Below are positions 30,416 through 41,271 of a DNA stretch of 64,000 bases, piece by piece. A program made the position numbers and the translations under genes. Where the stretch lies: the NCBI GenBank assembly GCA_030867685.1, contig JAQOWU010000008.1:3038001-3102000 (forward strand), given 5' to 3'. Below the pieces are notes generated by a model, which did not search any database, was not told the DNA's origin, and saw nothing but the letters and a program-made list of their open reading frames with translations. The stretch is from Wickerhamiella versatilis. Lineage: Eukaryota. Positions within the stretch are counted from its first letter, which is position 1; every line of letters starts with the position of its first letter.

Positions 30416-32467
30416 ATGCCTCAACAGTGGAGTGTTCCAGTCGGACCGCCAGAGCGCGCAGGTGAAGGAGCACCAAGACGTAATTACAAGGCTCAAGATA
30501 AAGAGTGGGTGACTCCAGCGGGAAAGGAACACGTCACCACTGTATATGAATTAGTGAAGGACGCTGTCAAGGAATATGGCCCCAAACCATGTCTGGGACA
30601 GAGGAAATTTATTGATGTTCACAATGAGAAAAAAGTGTTTGACAAGGAAGTGGATGGCGAGATACAGAAGGTTACGAAGCTCTGGACGTACTTTGAGCTG
30701 GGACCGTACGACTGGTGGAATTTCGAGCAAACAGGCGAAGCTGTGCAGCAGCTTAGCAGCGCTTTGAGATATTATGGGATCAGACCTGGCAAGGATAAGT
30801 TTCAGATCTACGCCAAGACATGTCGGGAGTGGCTGACCACTGCTTTGGGTTGCATGTGCATAAGTGTGCCTATCGTTACAGCCTATGATACTCTGGGCTT
30901 GGAAGGGTTGGAAGAATCTATGCTTAAGACGGGCACTTCTGGTATACTTTGTGACAAGGACAACATCCCCACTCTTGCTAAGGCCTTAGAGAAGGACAGC
31001 CAGATTCGCCTTGTTGTTGTCCGTGATCACGAGGGCAAACCTGAAGGAGAGCAGTTAGAGGCCCTTGAGTCCATTAAAAAGAAAGGAGTAAATGCCATAT
31101 TTTTCTCAGAGTTTTTCGAGAAGGGAAAAGCCAATCCCTCGGACCCAGTTCCGCCTAAGCCTGAAGATCTTTGCTGTATCATGTACACCTCGGGATCAAC
31201 TGGTCCACCAAAAGGCGTTACACTCACTCATAAGGCTCTTGTTGCTGCGGTTGCTGGTGCGACCGGTAGTATTGGACACGAAACTATAAACCCAGGTGAT
31301 GTGTTCATAGGGATTCTTCCGCTTGCGCATATACTTGAAGTTGTTGTTGAGCTCTCCTCTCTTGTTTGGGGTGCTGCGACTGGGTATGGTACGCCTAAGA
31401 CTCTCACAGATTTGAGTATGCGCAACTGTAAAGGTGATATTAAGGAGCTTCGGCCAACACTTGTTGCAGCGGTACCCGCCGTTTTTGAAAGTATCAAGAA
31501 GGGCATTGTATCACTCGTAAACAAACAGTCTGGTTTAAAACAGAAGCTCTTTTGGGGCGCATACTACGCCAAGGCTTTCCTTGACAGCCACGGTTTGCCC
31601 TCACCTCTCTTCAAGCAACTTATATTCAAGAAAGTTAGTGAAGCTCTGGGTGGTCGTGTGAGATATTTCTTTTATGGTGGAGCTGCGCTCTCTACCGATA
31701 CTAAGATTTTCCTCCAGACACTTATCGGCCCGGCACTTATGGGTTATGGCCTCACTGAGACAACTGCCATGGCAGCAATAATGTCGCCCGCTAATTATAG
31801 CATCTACAACGCCGCTGAAATTGTGCCCACGGTAACTATGAAACTGGTTGATGTTCCTGATGCAGGGTATTTCGCTAAAAATAATCAGGGTGAAATTTGG
31901 ATCAGGGGCCCATCTGTGTCCAACGGTTACTTCGAGAACCCCAAGGAAACCGAGGAAGCATTTACTTCTGATGGATGGTTCATGACCGGTGACGTGGGTG
32001 AGTGGACGTCAAATGGCAGTATCAGTGTCATAGATCGGAAAAAGAATTTGGTTAAGACTTCGTCTGGAGAATACATTGCTGTGGAGCGATTGGAGAGCCT
32101 TTATAGATCCAATGACCTAGTCAACAATCTTTGTATGCTTGCGGATGGAGGTCATTCCAAGCCCATAGCGGTCATTGTCCCAATGGAGTCTACTGTAAAG
32201 GATTTGTGCAAGGAGAAAGGAATCGAGTTCCCTGAACACTCTATCTCAGAAAGCAAGGAAATTACGGACTTGATCCTCAAATCGTTACAACAAACAGCGA
32301 AGAAGTCTGGAATGCGTCCGGCGGAGACTATTGCTGGCATAGCTCTTAGCGATGAGGAGTGGACGCCACAAAACGGGTTCGTATCATCAGCTCAAAAACT
32401 TCAAAGACGAAAGATAAGAGATGCGAATAAGGTCAATATAGAGAAGGCCTTCAAGAAGGCATTGTAG
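30416..32467 (+). CDS. FAA1: Long-chain fatty acyl-CoA synthetase (Faa1/Faa4-like)
   Basis: IMYTSGSTGPPKGV, LPLAHILE, GYGLTET, GWFMTGDVGEW, IDRKKNLVKT. Confidence 0.9.
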   Translation: MPQQWSVPVGPPERAGEGAPRRNYKAQDKEWVTPAGKEHVTTVYELVKDAVKEYGPKPCLGQRKFIDVHNEKKVFDKEVDGEIQKVTKLWTYFELGPYDWWNFEQTGEAVQQLSSALRYYGIRPGKDKFQIYAKTCREWLTTALGCMCISVPIVTAYDTLGLEGLEESMLKTGTSGILCDKDNIPTLAKALEKDSQIRLVVVRDHEGKPEGEQLEALESIKKKGVNAIFFSEFFEKGKANPSDPVPPKPEDLCCIMYTSGSTGPPKGVTLTHKALVAAVAGATGSIGHETINPGDVFIGILPLAHILEVVVELSSLVWGAATGYGTPKTLTDLSMRNCKGDIKELRPTLVAAVPAVFESIKKGIVSLVNKQSGLKQKLFWGAYYAKAFLDSHGLPSPLFKQLIFKKVSEALGGRVRYFFYGGAALSTDTKIFLQTLIGPALMGYGLTETTAMAAIMSPANYSIYNAAEIVPTVTMKLVDVPDAGYFAKNNQGEIWIRGPSVSNGYFENPKETEEAFTSDGWFMTGDVGEWTSNGSISVIDRKKNLVKTSSGEYIAVERLESLYRSNDLVNNLCMLADGGHSKPIAVIVPMESTVKDLCKEKGIEFPEHSISESKEITDLILKSLQQTAKKSGMRPAETIAGIALSDEEWTPQNGFVSSAQKLQRRKIRDANKVNIEKAFKKAL

Positions 32468-32647
32468 GAATTGACTAGGGCATTATGTGCTTCATGGGTA
32501 AAATTAGGTTCTTTTCGTAGCATTTTTAATCGCTTTTTAAACTATCAAATAATTAAATTTTTACGTATTTCGTCTTTTCTTCGTGCCATTTGGCTTCACA
32601 CTCTTTAGCGAGGAGTATGCATTTTTTGATATTCCACTGGAAAAATT

Positions 32648-33730
32648 CTACTTGCGAAGGAATTCAATGGCTTCTTCATTAAAGGCATTATAATTGTCAA
32701 GGTAAAGATGATGGCCTGCATCTATCACTTCCGAAACGCGAGCGGATAGTCCTGCCTTTTGTAGAATTTTTACTGCCTCTTCACCAGCCTTTATACTCAT
32801 CCAATCGCGGTCGCCATAAAGCCACAAGGTTGGACACTGCAGACCACTCATTCGATCTATTAGAGGGAATCGTGCTCGAGCCCCTGGCTTCAAGAAGCAG
32901 TTAAGAAGAAACTCTCCTGAACCTCGAGCGTTAAAAATGGCATATGCATACCGATGTAGTGCAACTTGTTCTTCCAAAGGAAGCGACGCGAACCTGCGGG
33001 AGGTCCAGGCACTGGTCACCTTAGAGCCTAGAGGACCGGCCCAGCGTATCAGGCTAAACGGGGATCTATTCTGTTCCCATAAGTAGCTAAACCATTTTGC
33101 AACTACTGGCGTGTCTGAAAATTGCACCCCAGCTGGTGACACTAAAATAATACTCTCAACAGCTTCTGGACGAGCTACGGCATATCTCAATCCAATATAC
33201 GCACCCAGAGAATGTGCCACCAGCTTAAACTTCTTTATGCCACGTTTTATACGCCACGCCTCCAGAGCGTCTCCGAACCACGACTCAGCCGCCTCAACAC
33301 CCTCAAGGGTCATTGCATTCTTCAGGGGTAATTTTCTTCTTGCGATTCGAGTACTTCGACCATATCCCAAAAGGTCAATGGCATGTAGTCGAGTATTTGG
33401 CAAGGAGGCCAGAGCATTCAAATTTCTATAAAAAAATCCCTTTGCTGCGCCATAACCATGAATGAGAACAATATGATTCTGTGACTCAGGATTCCCTATC
33501 TCCAATTCGTTAAGATATCTACCAGGCCCAATCCTTATATCCATACTACGAACATCGGAATTGAGCAGGGGATCCAAGCCAACTGTACGCAGAACCTGGC
33601 GCTCGGCAGAAGCCAGATCACGTGACACACACCAATCCCGAATGCTCTGTCTCAATTTCAATGGAAATCGAGGGCCACCAAATGGCAGCGAGGCCGTAGG
33701 TGGGGTCGGAGTCACACTTATTTTGGCCAT
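32648..33730 (-). CDS. CLD1: Alpha/beta hydrolase, cardiolipin deacylase Cld1-like (ABHD4/5 family)
   Basis: HGYGA, the AHSLG nucleophile elbow, YGDRDWM and GHHLYLDN. First ATG is at 33730; the track start is a TTG. Confidence 0.75.
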   Translation of the reverse strand: MAKISVTPTPPTASLPFGGPRFPLKLRQSIRDWCVSRDLASAERQVLRTVGLDPLLNSDVRSMDIRIGPGRYLNELEIGNPESQNHIVLIHGYGAAKGFFYRNLNALASLPNTRLHAIDLLGYGRSTRIARRKLPLKNAMTLEGVEAAESWFGDALEAWRIKRGIKKFKLVAHSLGAYIGLRYAVARPEAVESIILVSPAGVQFSDTPVVAKWFSYLWEQNRSPFSLIRWAGPLGSKVTSAWTSRRFASLPLEEQVALHRYAYAIFNARGSGEFLLNCFLKPGARARFPLIDRMSGLQCPTLWLYGDRDWMSIKAGEEAVKILQKAGLSARVSEVIDAGHHLYLDNYNAFNEEAIEFLRK

Positions 33731-33940
33731 GTGATGACTAAGATATTTTTTCAAAGCTTTTGGCGTTATTCCATTCAATAATTCTTATTGGATTTCGAAA
33801 TGGTAATAACATCTATAGAGTGTGCCTAGTATACGCTCCATTGCTTTTCTATCGATGTTCAAATGCCTTTTGTGAAGAACGGCGATAGTGTTAAAATAAA
33901 TGTAGAAATCTTACATAAGATTTTTTTGTTACCTACAACG

Positions 33941-36900
33941 ATGGACATCACCCAGCCTGTCGGCACCACGTTGGAGTCTATAGACTTTGGGGTACTGAGT
34001 AGTGATGATATATTAAGACTCAGTGTCAAGCAAGTTGTAAGTCCAGAAGTATTCGACAATCTTGGTCACCCTGTTAGTGGTGGTCTTTATGATCTTGCTT
34101 TAGGAGCCTATGGCCGCAACCTTTGCACGACTTGTGGCCTAGATGATAGGCGATGTCCTGGTCATACTGGACATATAGAGCTCCCAATACCGTTATACAA
34201 TGTGATGTTTTTCAGTACACTTTTTCTTCTTCTTAGAAGTACTTGTGTTTATTGCCACCATTTCCGGCTTAAACAATCAGAGAAAATTCTATTCATCGGG
34301 AAGTTGCGACTAATACAATATGGTTTAATTCTTGAAGCCTCTAATCTTGAAGATATACCTGCAGATGAAAGGTCTAATTGGGTCAATAAGTGTATTGACT
34401 CTGCAGTGTCCAGTGGAGCGGTGAGTGCTGGAGGTGTGAGGTCTCCAACTTTAAATGAAGAACGTAAAAACTTGATCAAAGATTTTTACAGACTTATGCT
34501 GTCACGGCCCAGATGTGAGTCGTGCGGTATGTACAGTCCTCGGTTCCGCAAAGATGGAACCACAAAACTTTTTGAATGTGCATTGACAGAAAAGCAAATC
34601 AAGCATAATCAAGCGAAAGGAGTTGAGCGTCCACCTATCCCACTCGATGAGAAGGTTACGTCCGAAATGATGTCACTGCCTCGTGCTAAATATCAAAATG
34701 GCCATAGGTTTTTGCCGAGCATGGAAGTTTGCCAGTTGATCCGGCGTGTAATGGTCAACGAAAGCAAATTGGCCAGTGTTTTGTTTCAAGTGAGGCCAAC
34801 AAAATCTACCTATATATCTGGTGATATATTCTTCGTGCATCGCCTATTTGTGCCACCTACAAGGTTCAGATTACCCAGTGAACTTGGAGATGAAGTGCAT
34901 ATGAATCCTATGACCGAGCAACTTGCAAAAGTTCTGACAACTTGTCACAGAATTAAGGATTTGTCCGACGAAATTCTAGGACTGAGGAATGCAAAGATTT
35001 CTGGGAACGAGCGCAAAACGGCACTGACTCAATTGCTAGGACAGCTAGTCCAGCTCCAGAGTGATTATACAGCTGTCATTGACTCTAGTAAAGTGGCTTC
35101 AGTGGGTGGACCGCCTCTTCCTGGTGTCAAGCAAACGTTAGAACGCAAAGAGGGACTATTCAGGAAAAATATGATGGGCAAAAGAGTCAATTTTGCTGCA
35201 CGCTCTGTTATTAGTCCAGATCCCAACCTGGAGACAAATGAGATTGGTGTACCTCCCGTTTTTGCTGTACGGCTTACCTATCCAGAACCAGTCACTGCCC
35301 ATAATGCGGATGAGCTTAGACAGTCTGTCATCAATGGGCCTGATGTTTGGCCGGGTGCTACAATGATTCAGAATGAGGATGGCCGCTCAGTCTCGCTCCA
35401 TGGAATGAGTCTGGAGCACCGCACAGCGCTAGCTTCACAATTGCAGACACCTCCATCCAATCCACGACTTCGTGGTGTACCAAAAAGGGTTCATCGACAT
35501 ATCAAAAACAGTGATGTTGTCCTTATGAACCGTCAACCCACTCTCCATAAAGCCTCAATGATGGGCCACAAGGTCCGCGTCTTACCCAAAGAAAAGACTC
35601 TGCGTCTTCATTATGCTAATACAGGTGCATATAATGCTGACTTCGATGGTGACGAAATGAATATGCATTTCCCACAGAACGAATCAGCACGCGCTGAGGC
35701 GTTTTTACTGGCTAATACGAACAACCAGTACCTCACGCCAACTTCGGGTAAGCCTTTACGTGGTCTTATCCAAGACCATATATCTGCAGGTTTATGGCTC
35801 ACGAACAAGGACACGATGTTTGATAGAGAGGGGTACCAGCAACTAGTGTATGGAGCAGTTAGGCCAGAAACAGGCCAATTTGCGAGCGAACGTGTGCTGC
35901 TAGTTCCACCCGCTATTATGAAGCCTGTTCCGCGCTGGACTGGAAAACAGGTTATAACAACTATACTCCTTAACGTGAAGCCATCTGGAAGACCAGGCCT
36001 TAATCTCAAAGTGAACAACAAGGTGAAGGGAGATTACTGGGGAGCCCCTGGTGTGGAGGAGCAGACAGTGACTGTTTACAATGGTGAATTAGTTACGGGT
36101 ACTCTTGATAAAAGTCAGTATGGTGCTGCAGACTATGGACTTGTACATGCTATATATGAAATTTATGGTCCTGATACCACTGGCCTTCTTTTGTCAGTGT
36201 TGGGACGTCTTTTCACGAAATATATCATGCACATAGCTTTCACTTGCGGTATGGACGACCTAAGACTGACAAGAGATGGCGATACCTGGAGACAAGACTT
36301 GCTTGCTCAGTCAGAGTCTGTAGGTTTGCAAGCAGCACTGGAAGTTGCTCAGATGCCACCTGATACTGAGCCAAATAGCCCAGAGTTCAGGAAACGTCTA
36401 GAGGAGATTCTTCGGGATGATTCTAAGTTGTCCATTTTGGATGCAATCACGCAGACAAAGGCGTCAGCAATGACGACTTCCGTTGTCCAGCGCTGTATAC
36501 CTGCCGGTACAGCCAAGAAGTTCCCATATAATTCGATGCAGGCAATGGCTCTCAGTGGTGCCAAGGGGTCAAATGTGAATGTATCACAAATTATGTGTGC
36601 GCTTGGACAGCAAGCGCTGGAAGGAAGACGCGTTCCTGTGATGGTCTCAGGTAAGAGTTTGCCAAGCTTCAAACCTTTTGAAACTCACGTCCGGGCAGGT
36701 GGATACATCGGGGGAAGATTCTACAGCGGTATCAGGCCCCAGGAATACTACTTCCATTGTATGGCAGGTCGTGAAGGATTAATTGATACGGCTGTGAAGA
36801 CTTCGCGTAGTGGTTACTTGCAGAGATGTCTCATAAAACAGCTTGAGGGTGTTCATAGCGAGTATGACAATACTGTGCGTGACTTTGATGGAACACTCAT

Positions 36901-38671
36901 TCAATTCATGTACGGTGGAGATTCGATTGATACCACAAAAGAAAGCTATTTAAGGCAATTCGAGTTCTGCGCTCTCAACCAAGAAGCCCTTTTGCATAAA
37001 CACTCGCCTCAGGGAGATATTGCGAATATTAACGACAGTTCTGCACCTGCCTATGCGAAGAAAATGCGAAAGCATCTCAAAAAACACCCCGACTCCACGA
37101 AGTATGAACCTGTTTTATCGAAATTTAATCCAGCGAAGTATCTTGGTGCGGTCTCTGAGGGTTATTCTAAAGAACTTGAGGCCTTCATTGAGTCAAGAGA
37201 AGATTTGTTCTCTAGCAAGTCAAGTAAAGCGGAATTCCGAACCCTCATGCAGCTTAAGTTCCAGCAAAGTTTGGTGGACCCAGGTGAAAACGTGGGTGTT
37301 GTAGCCTCACAGTCGATAGGCGAACCCTCGACACAAATGACTCTTAACACATTCCATTTTGCAGGACACGGTGCGGCTAATGTCACTCTTGGAATACCTC
37401 GAATGCGAGAAATCATCATGACAGCTTCAGCGAAGATCAAAACTCCCCAGATGGTTTTGCCGTTGAGATCAGACATATCTGATAAGGATGCGGATATATT
37501 CGCTAAAGGCATCACTCGAATTATGCTGTCTCAATTGGTTGACAAGGTTGTTGTGACTGAGCGTCTGGGACCGAATGACTTCAACCAATTTGTTCGAAGC
37601 TATGAAGTGCGCGTACAGCTATTTTCACGTGGTGAATACGAAAGTGAATATGATGTACCCATGCACGAGGTTGAGAGAGTTCTCGCAAATAATTTCCTCA
37701 GTTTGCTTGAGGAGACCGTCAAAAAGGAACAAAGAAAACAACGGAGGGCGAATGTTGGCCAAGCACTGGCTCCCGTTGCTGAAAAACCTACCAGTAGCAA
37801 CAATGCTGATCAATCTAGTGACAGCGAGGAGAGTGATAACGATGATGCTGAGGAGGACGACTCCAAACAAAAGCAGGATCATGGTATTGTTGAGGACGAA
37901 GCTGAAGAAGCTTCTGAATCCGAGGAGGAATCCGAAGACGGAGAAGGTGTGGAGGATACTGATACTGGTAAGGAACGAAAGGATGAAGCGAAAACACCAG
38001 AGAAATCTAAGTCTCATAATTCGAGAGCACAAGCGGTATCTGGTGAGCATCAAACTGTGAATAACTTTACCTTCGATGATGAGGAAGGGAAGTGGTGCCG
38101 ATTTGAACTCGAGTACCCTGCTAACAGTCAAAAATTACTGATGGTACAACTCATTGAGAATGTTTGCAGGCGTGTTGTTGTGCGTGAAATTCCTAATATT
38201 ACTCGAGGTCTTCGACCTCCTAATCACAAAGGCGGTCGTGTACTAGTTACCGAAGGTGTAAATTTCGGTGCTATGTGGGACGAAGAGTTATTTGTTGATG
38301 TCGATGGTATTACCTCCAACGATGTAGCCGCAGTATTGCACACATACGGAGTTGAAGCTGCTCGGGCCACAATTGTTCGCGAGGTAATGAATGTGTTCCA
38401 AACTTATGCCATTTCCGTTAATCATCGCCATTTGGAGCTTATTGCTGATATGATGACGCGTGAGGGAACGTTTTTGCCATTTAGTCGTCAAGGACTTGAT
38501 TCTGGTTCCTCGCCGTTGCTCAAGATGTCCTTTGAGTCGACTTGCCAATTCCTCACCAGGGCAGTATTGGATGGTGGATATGACTCCTTGGAATCTCCCT
38601 CTGCTCGGATTGTTGTCGGAAGGCCATTTGCTGGAGGCACGGGTGCATTTGATGTTTTGTGCCCTGCATAG
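33941..38671 (+). CDS. RPA190: RNA polymerase I largest subunit
   Basis: MDITQPVG start, GGLYDLALG, LFRKNMMGKRVN, NRQPTLHK, catalytic NADFDGDEMN, acidic expander region, C-terminal GGTGAFDV. Confidence 0.97.
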   Translation: MDITQPVGTTLESIDFGVLSSDDILRLSVKQVVSPEVFDNLGHPVSGGLYDLALGAYGRNLCTTCGLDDRRCPGHTGHIELPIPLYNVMFFSTLFLLLRSTCVYCHHFRLKQSEKILFIGKLRLIQYGLILEASNLEDIPADERSNWVNKCIDSAVSSGAVSAGGVRSPTLNEERKNLIKDFYRLMLSRPRCESCGMYSPRFRKDGTTKLFECALTEKQIKHNQAKGVERPPIPLDEKVTSEMMSLPRAKYQNGHRFLPSMEVCQLIRRVMVNESKLASVLFQVRPTKSTYISGDIFFVHRLFVPPTRFRLPSELGDEVHMNPMTEQLAKVLTTCHRIKDLSDEILGLRNAKISGNERKTALTQLLGQLVQLQSDYTAVIDSSKVASVGGPPLPGVKQTLERKEGLFRKNMMGKRVNFAARSVISPDPNLETNEIGVPPVFAVRLTYPEPVTAHNADELRQSVINGPDVWPGATMIQNEDGRSVSLHGMSLEHRTALASQLQTPPSNPRLRGVPKRVHRHIKNSDVVLMNRQPTLHKASMMGHKVRVLPKEKTLRLHYANTGAYNADFDGDEMNMHFPQNESARAEAFLLANTNNQYLTPTSGKPLRGLIQDHISAGLWLTNKDTMFDREGYQQLVYGAVRPETGQFASERVLLVPPAIMKPVPRWTGKQVITTILLNVKPSGRPGLNLKVNNKVKGDYWGAPGVEEQTVTVYNGELVTGTLDKSQYGAADYGLVHAIYEIYGPDTTGLLLSVLGRLFTKYIMHIAFTCGMDDLRLTRDGDTWRQDLLAQSESVGLQAALEVAQMPPDTEPNSPEFRKRLEEILRDDSKLSILDAITQTKASAMTTSVVQRCIPAGTAKKFPYNSMQAMALSGAKGSNVNVSQIMCALGQQALEGRRVPVMVSGKSLPSFKPFETHVRAGGYIGGRFYSGIRPQEYYFHCMAGREGLIDTAVKTSRSGYLQRCLIKQLEGVHSEYDNTVRDFDGTLIQFMYGGDSIDTTKESYLRQFEFCALNQEALLHKHSPQGDIANINDSSAPAYAKKMRKHLKKHPDSTKYEPVLSKFNPAKYLGAVSEGYSKELEAFIESREDLFSSKSSKAEFRTLMQLKFQQSLVDPGENVGVVASQSIGEPSTQMTLNTFHFAGHGAANVTLGIPRMREIIMTASAKIKTPQMVLPLRSDISDKDADIFAKGITRIMLSQLVDKVVVTERLGPNDFNQFVRSYEVRVQLFSRGEYESEYDVPMHEVERVLANNFLSLLEETVKKEQRKQRRANVGQALAPVAEKPTSSNNADQSSDSEESDNDDAEEDDSKQKQDHGIVEDEAEEASESEEESEDGEGVEDTDTGKERKDEAKTPEKSKSHNSRAQAVSGEHQTVNNFTFDDEEGKWCRFELEYPANSQKLLMVQLIENVCRRVVVREIPNITRGLRPPNHKGGRVLVTEGVNFGAMWDEELFVDVDGITSNDVAAVLHTYGVEAARATIVREVMNVFQTYAISVNHRHLELIADMMTREGTFLPFSRQGLDSGSSPLLKMSFESTCQFLTRAVLDGGYDSLESPSARIVVGRPFAGGTGAFDVLCPA

Positions 38672-38816
38672 GAATAATATGGTAACCTAACTATTTGACT
38701 GAGCTCTAAGAGCTCGTAAAAGCATAAAGTGCTCTTATTTACCTTAAAATCATTTAAAGAAATACATGAAAAGGAAGTAAAAAGACGAGCGCTAGTGATG
38801 CTTACTGTACGGACTT

Positions 38817-40064
38817 ATGTTAGATGCTGTCTACATACTCGATCGCACAGGGCGTCTCATACTTGAGTTTCCATCGCATTCGGCAGTGAATGTTATGGAT
38901 TTAATACCTCGCATCGGTAGCCGTGGGCTCTTTGAGCTGTCGCCGTCGCAGCTTGCATATCAAGAGCCTTATGCAGATATGTCGATATTCGTCCCATGCC
39001 CCTCAACATGCCCACCTTTAGTGCTTCAGGTGTGGGTTCAGCGTATGATAAGCGCTCTGGAGGCTTATTTTAATCAGAAGCTAAGTAGGGACTTACTTGA
39101 ACAGAATTATGCTGTTATTCTTCAGTTGCTTGGAAAAATGGTTGATGATGGTGTGGCTAAAATAACAGAACCCGATATTTTGGGCCAAATGATCCCTCAG
39201 CAGATGAGTTTTCTGCCCAGCCTGCTTTCATCACAAACAGAACCTCGTCGTGCAGGATGGGACCATGCGTGGCGAGCGCTTGATGGCCCAAAATTTAGCA
39301 AGGAAGAGCTTCTCGTGGACGTTGTAGAGCATCTTTCTGTTGTGGTTGCCTCTCCTACCAATGATAAACAGGGATATTCGAATAGAAGCGTGGTCGCTCG
39401 CCCGGTACAAATTATTGTGAGAGGAGAAGTGCATACCATTGCCCGGTTAAATGGTGAGCTTCCCGAGTGCAAGATCGAGCTGAGTATTCCAGACCTGGAG
39501 ACACCAATTAGGCCTCGGTTCCATCCTTGTGTTAATGCACGGGCATGGGAAGAGGATCGCCAAACTATTCGGTTTGTTCCACCGAATGGGCCTTGTACTG
39601 TCGCATTATATACAGCTGAAATTAAGGACCAAGGTCTTGTTTTTGCTGAGATGAAACGTGACGTGGGCCCGGATGGTGAGTGCGAGGTCCGTCTGTCAAC
39701 GAGTATGGATACTGTTGTTCGATCTATTGCAGATCTGGCTGTTGTCATTGTATTTCCCTCAAATGTGGGAACTGTGAAAGAGACACAGATCAGTGCTGGA
39801 GATTTGGATATCTCAGATCCAAAACGATGTAGATGGAATTTCTCTACAGACACACCTCTTGGATGGACAGGTGCCCTGCGGCTACGCGGATTTACCGCAG
39901 GGGGCGAGGTAGTATATCCCTTATACTGCGAAGTAAATTATTCGGTCATCGGCCGTGTTCCCAGCAAGGCCAAGGTCCGTGCAATTAATGTATACAGTAT
40001 GCTGGGAAATCCTTATAAAGGTGTTCGTTATCAGACCATTACCGAGAGTTTTATAGTGAGGTAA
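38817..40064 (+). CDS. APM3: Adaptor complex medium (mu) subunit, AP-3 mu-like
   Basis: MLDAVYILD, EELLVDVVEHL, RFHPCV, FVPPNG, PYKGVRYQT...FIVR. Confidence 0.75.
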   Translation: MLDAVYILDRTGRLILEFPSHSAVNVMDLIPRIGSRGLFELSPSQLAYQEPYADMSIFVPCPSTCPPLVLQVWVQRMISALEAYFNQKLSRDLLEQNYAVILQLLGKMVDDGVAKITEPDILGQMIPQQMSFLPSLLSSQTEPRRAGWDHAWRALDGPKFSKEELLVDVVEHLSVVVASPTNDKQGYSNRSVVARPVQIIVRGEVHTIARLNGELPECKIELSIPDLETPIRPRFHPCVNARAWEEDRQTIRFVPPNGPCTVALYTAEIKDQGLVFAEMKRDVGPDGECEVRLSTSMDTVVRSIADLAVVIVFPSNVGTVKETQISAGDLDISDPKRCRWNFSTDTPLGWTGALRLRGFTAGGEVVYPLYCEVNYSVIGRVPSKAKVRAINVYSMLGNPYKGVRYQTITESFIVR

Positions 40065-40095
40065 CAAAGAAATCGTATCACTAGACTAAAATAAT

Positions 40096-40728
40096 TTAGC
40101 TTGCATCAGGATCTAATCGACTTTCGAGTAATGGAATTAACTCTAAGAGAGAATCTATCACCACGTCAGGGCGCTTCGAGCTAACAAGATGAGCATTTCG
40201 GGAATTGCGGAGTAGGACTGAGAGGGCACCAGCATTGGTTGCGGCCAGTATATCATCCGCGCTATCGCCCACCATGATAAGGTCGGATGGCTCTACATTC
40301 CACGCTTTGGATATCCGCACAAGACCGTCGGGAGCTGGCTTATAAGGATGAAATTCACGCGTGAGTACAGGATCTGACAATCTGAAGCCTGGCAACCATG
40401 TCTCCAAGAAATGATCTACCGGCCCCCGGGTGTTTCTCGTTTGAATTGTGAAAGGTAATTTGTGGTCACGTAGCCACGAAAACAGATCACGCAAACCCGG
40501 TTGAGGACTCATTTTCAGCATATTCCGTTGCTCAATGTCTTTAAGAATTAGATGGGCCCGCTTTCGTCGCTCCTCTGGCAGAGCATGTACGAAATCGAGG
40601 ATATCCTCCGATGGCGGTATTTCGAGCGCCTGCCTCATCTCTACAAACATATAATTTTGGGGCAGGCTCAATGTGCCGTCCATGTCAAACACGACACCGC
40701 GTACTCGTCTCATAGGAATTTTCGACAT
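40096..40728 (-). CDS. HAD-superfamily hydrolase (YOR131C-like)
   Basis: VFDMDGTL, TRN, KPAPDG, MVGDSADD. First ATG at 40728, alternative ATG at 40713. Confidence 0.85.
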   Translation of the reverse strand: MSKIPMRRVRGVVFDMDGTLSLPQNYMFVEMRQALEIPPSEDILDFVHALPEERRKRAHLILKDIEQRNMLKMSPQPGLRDLFSWLRDHKLPFTIQTRNTRGPVDHFLETWLPGFRLSDPVLTREFHPYKPAPDGLVRISKAWNVEPSDLIMVGDSADDILAATNAGALSVLLRNSRNAHLVSSKRPDVVIDSLLELIPLLESRLDPDAS

Positions 40729-40729
40729 G

Positions 40730-41176
40730 TCAGCTGGCAACGCGATAATTACTTAGTAGCCACCGCGAGTATTGGCTATCTCCCAGACAGTTCCCAAGCG
40801 CAGAGCCGAATTGACGAAGTGCTCTTTTCATCGCATCGCTGTGTGCAATGCGGCGTGCATGGTCGATTGCGTCCTCACGGGTAACACCACCCGACACAGC
40901 TGCATGCCCAACATCTTCGTGGAATGTTCCATGTGTAGTGATGCGCACAGCCACTGCAACGGCAGCGGTCCACCCGTTGTCCTCCTCAGAGCAGTAGTCC
41001 ACCTCGTGCCACCGCTCATCACACGCCCATGTTTCACGTCCACCAAAAATCTCCGTTGCTAAGGCTCGGGCTGCCTCTGCACGCAAATATAATACCTCAC
41101 GGCTACCCACTGTACGTTTGCACAATAATTCAGGACCTAGATATTGACAGAGGGCTGCGGCAACGCGCTCCCGCAT
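40730..41176 (-). CDS. Minimal Rad52/Rad22/Rad59-family single-strand annealing domain protein (148 aa)
   Basis: YLGPE...EIFG...W...VRIT...GTFHEDVG...SDAMKRALRQFGSALGNCL spans the Rad52 N-terminal domain and nothing more. Confidence 0.85.
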   Translation of the reverse strand: MRERVAAALCQYLGPELLCKRTVGSREVLYLRAEAARALATEIFGGRETWACDERWHEVDYCSEEDNGWTAAVAVAVRITTHGTFHEDVGHAAVSGGVTREDAIDHARRIAHSDAMKRALRQFGSALGNCLGDSQYSRWLLSNYRVAS

Positions 41177-41271
41177 AAATAAGTCAGCCAGCTAGCTAAC
41201 CAGTCGAGTCAAGACGAGCACGAGAGGTTTTCTAATAAAATAATAGTAAATAAAAAATTAATGTCCAAATT

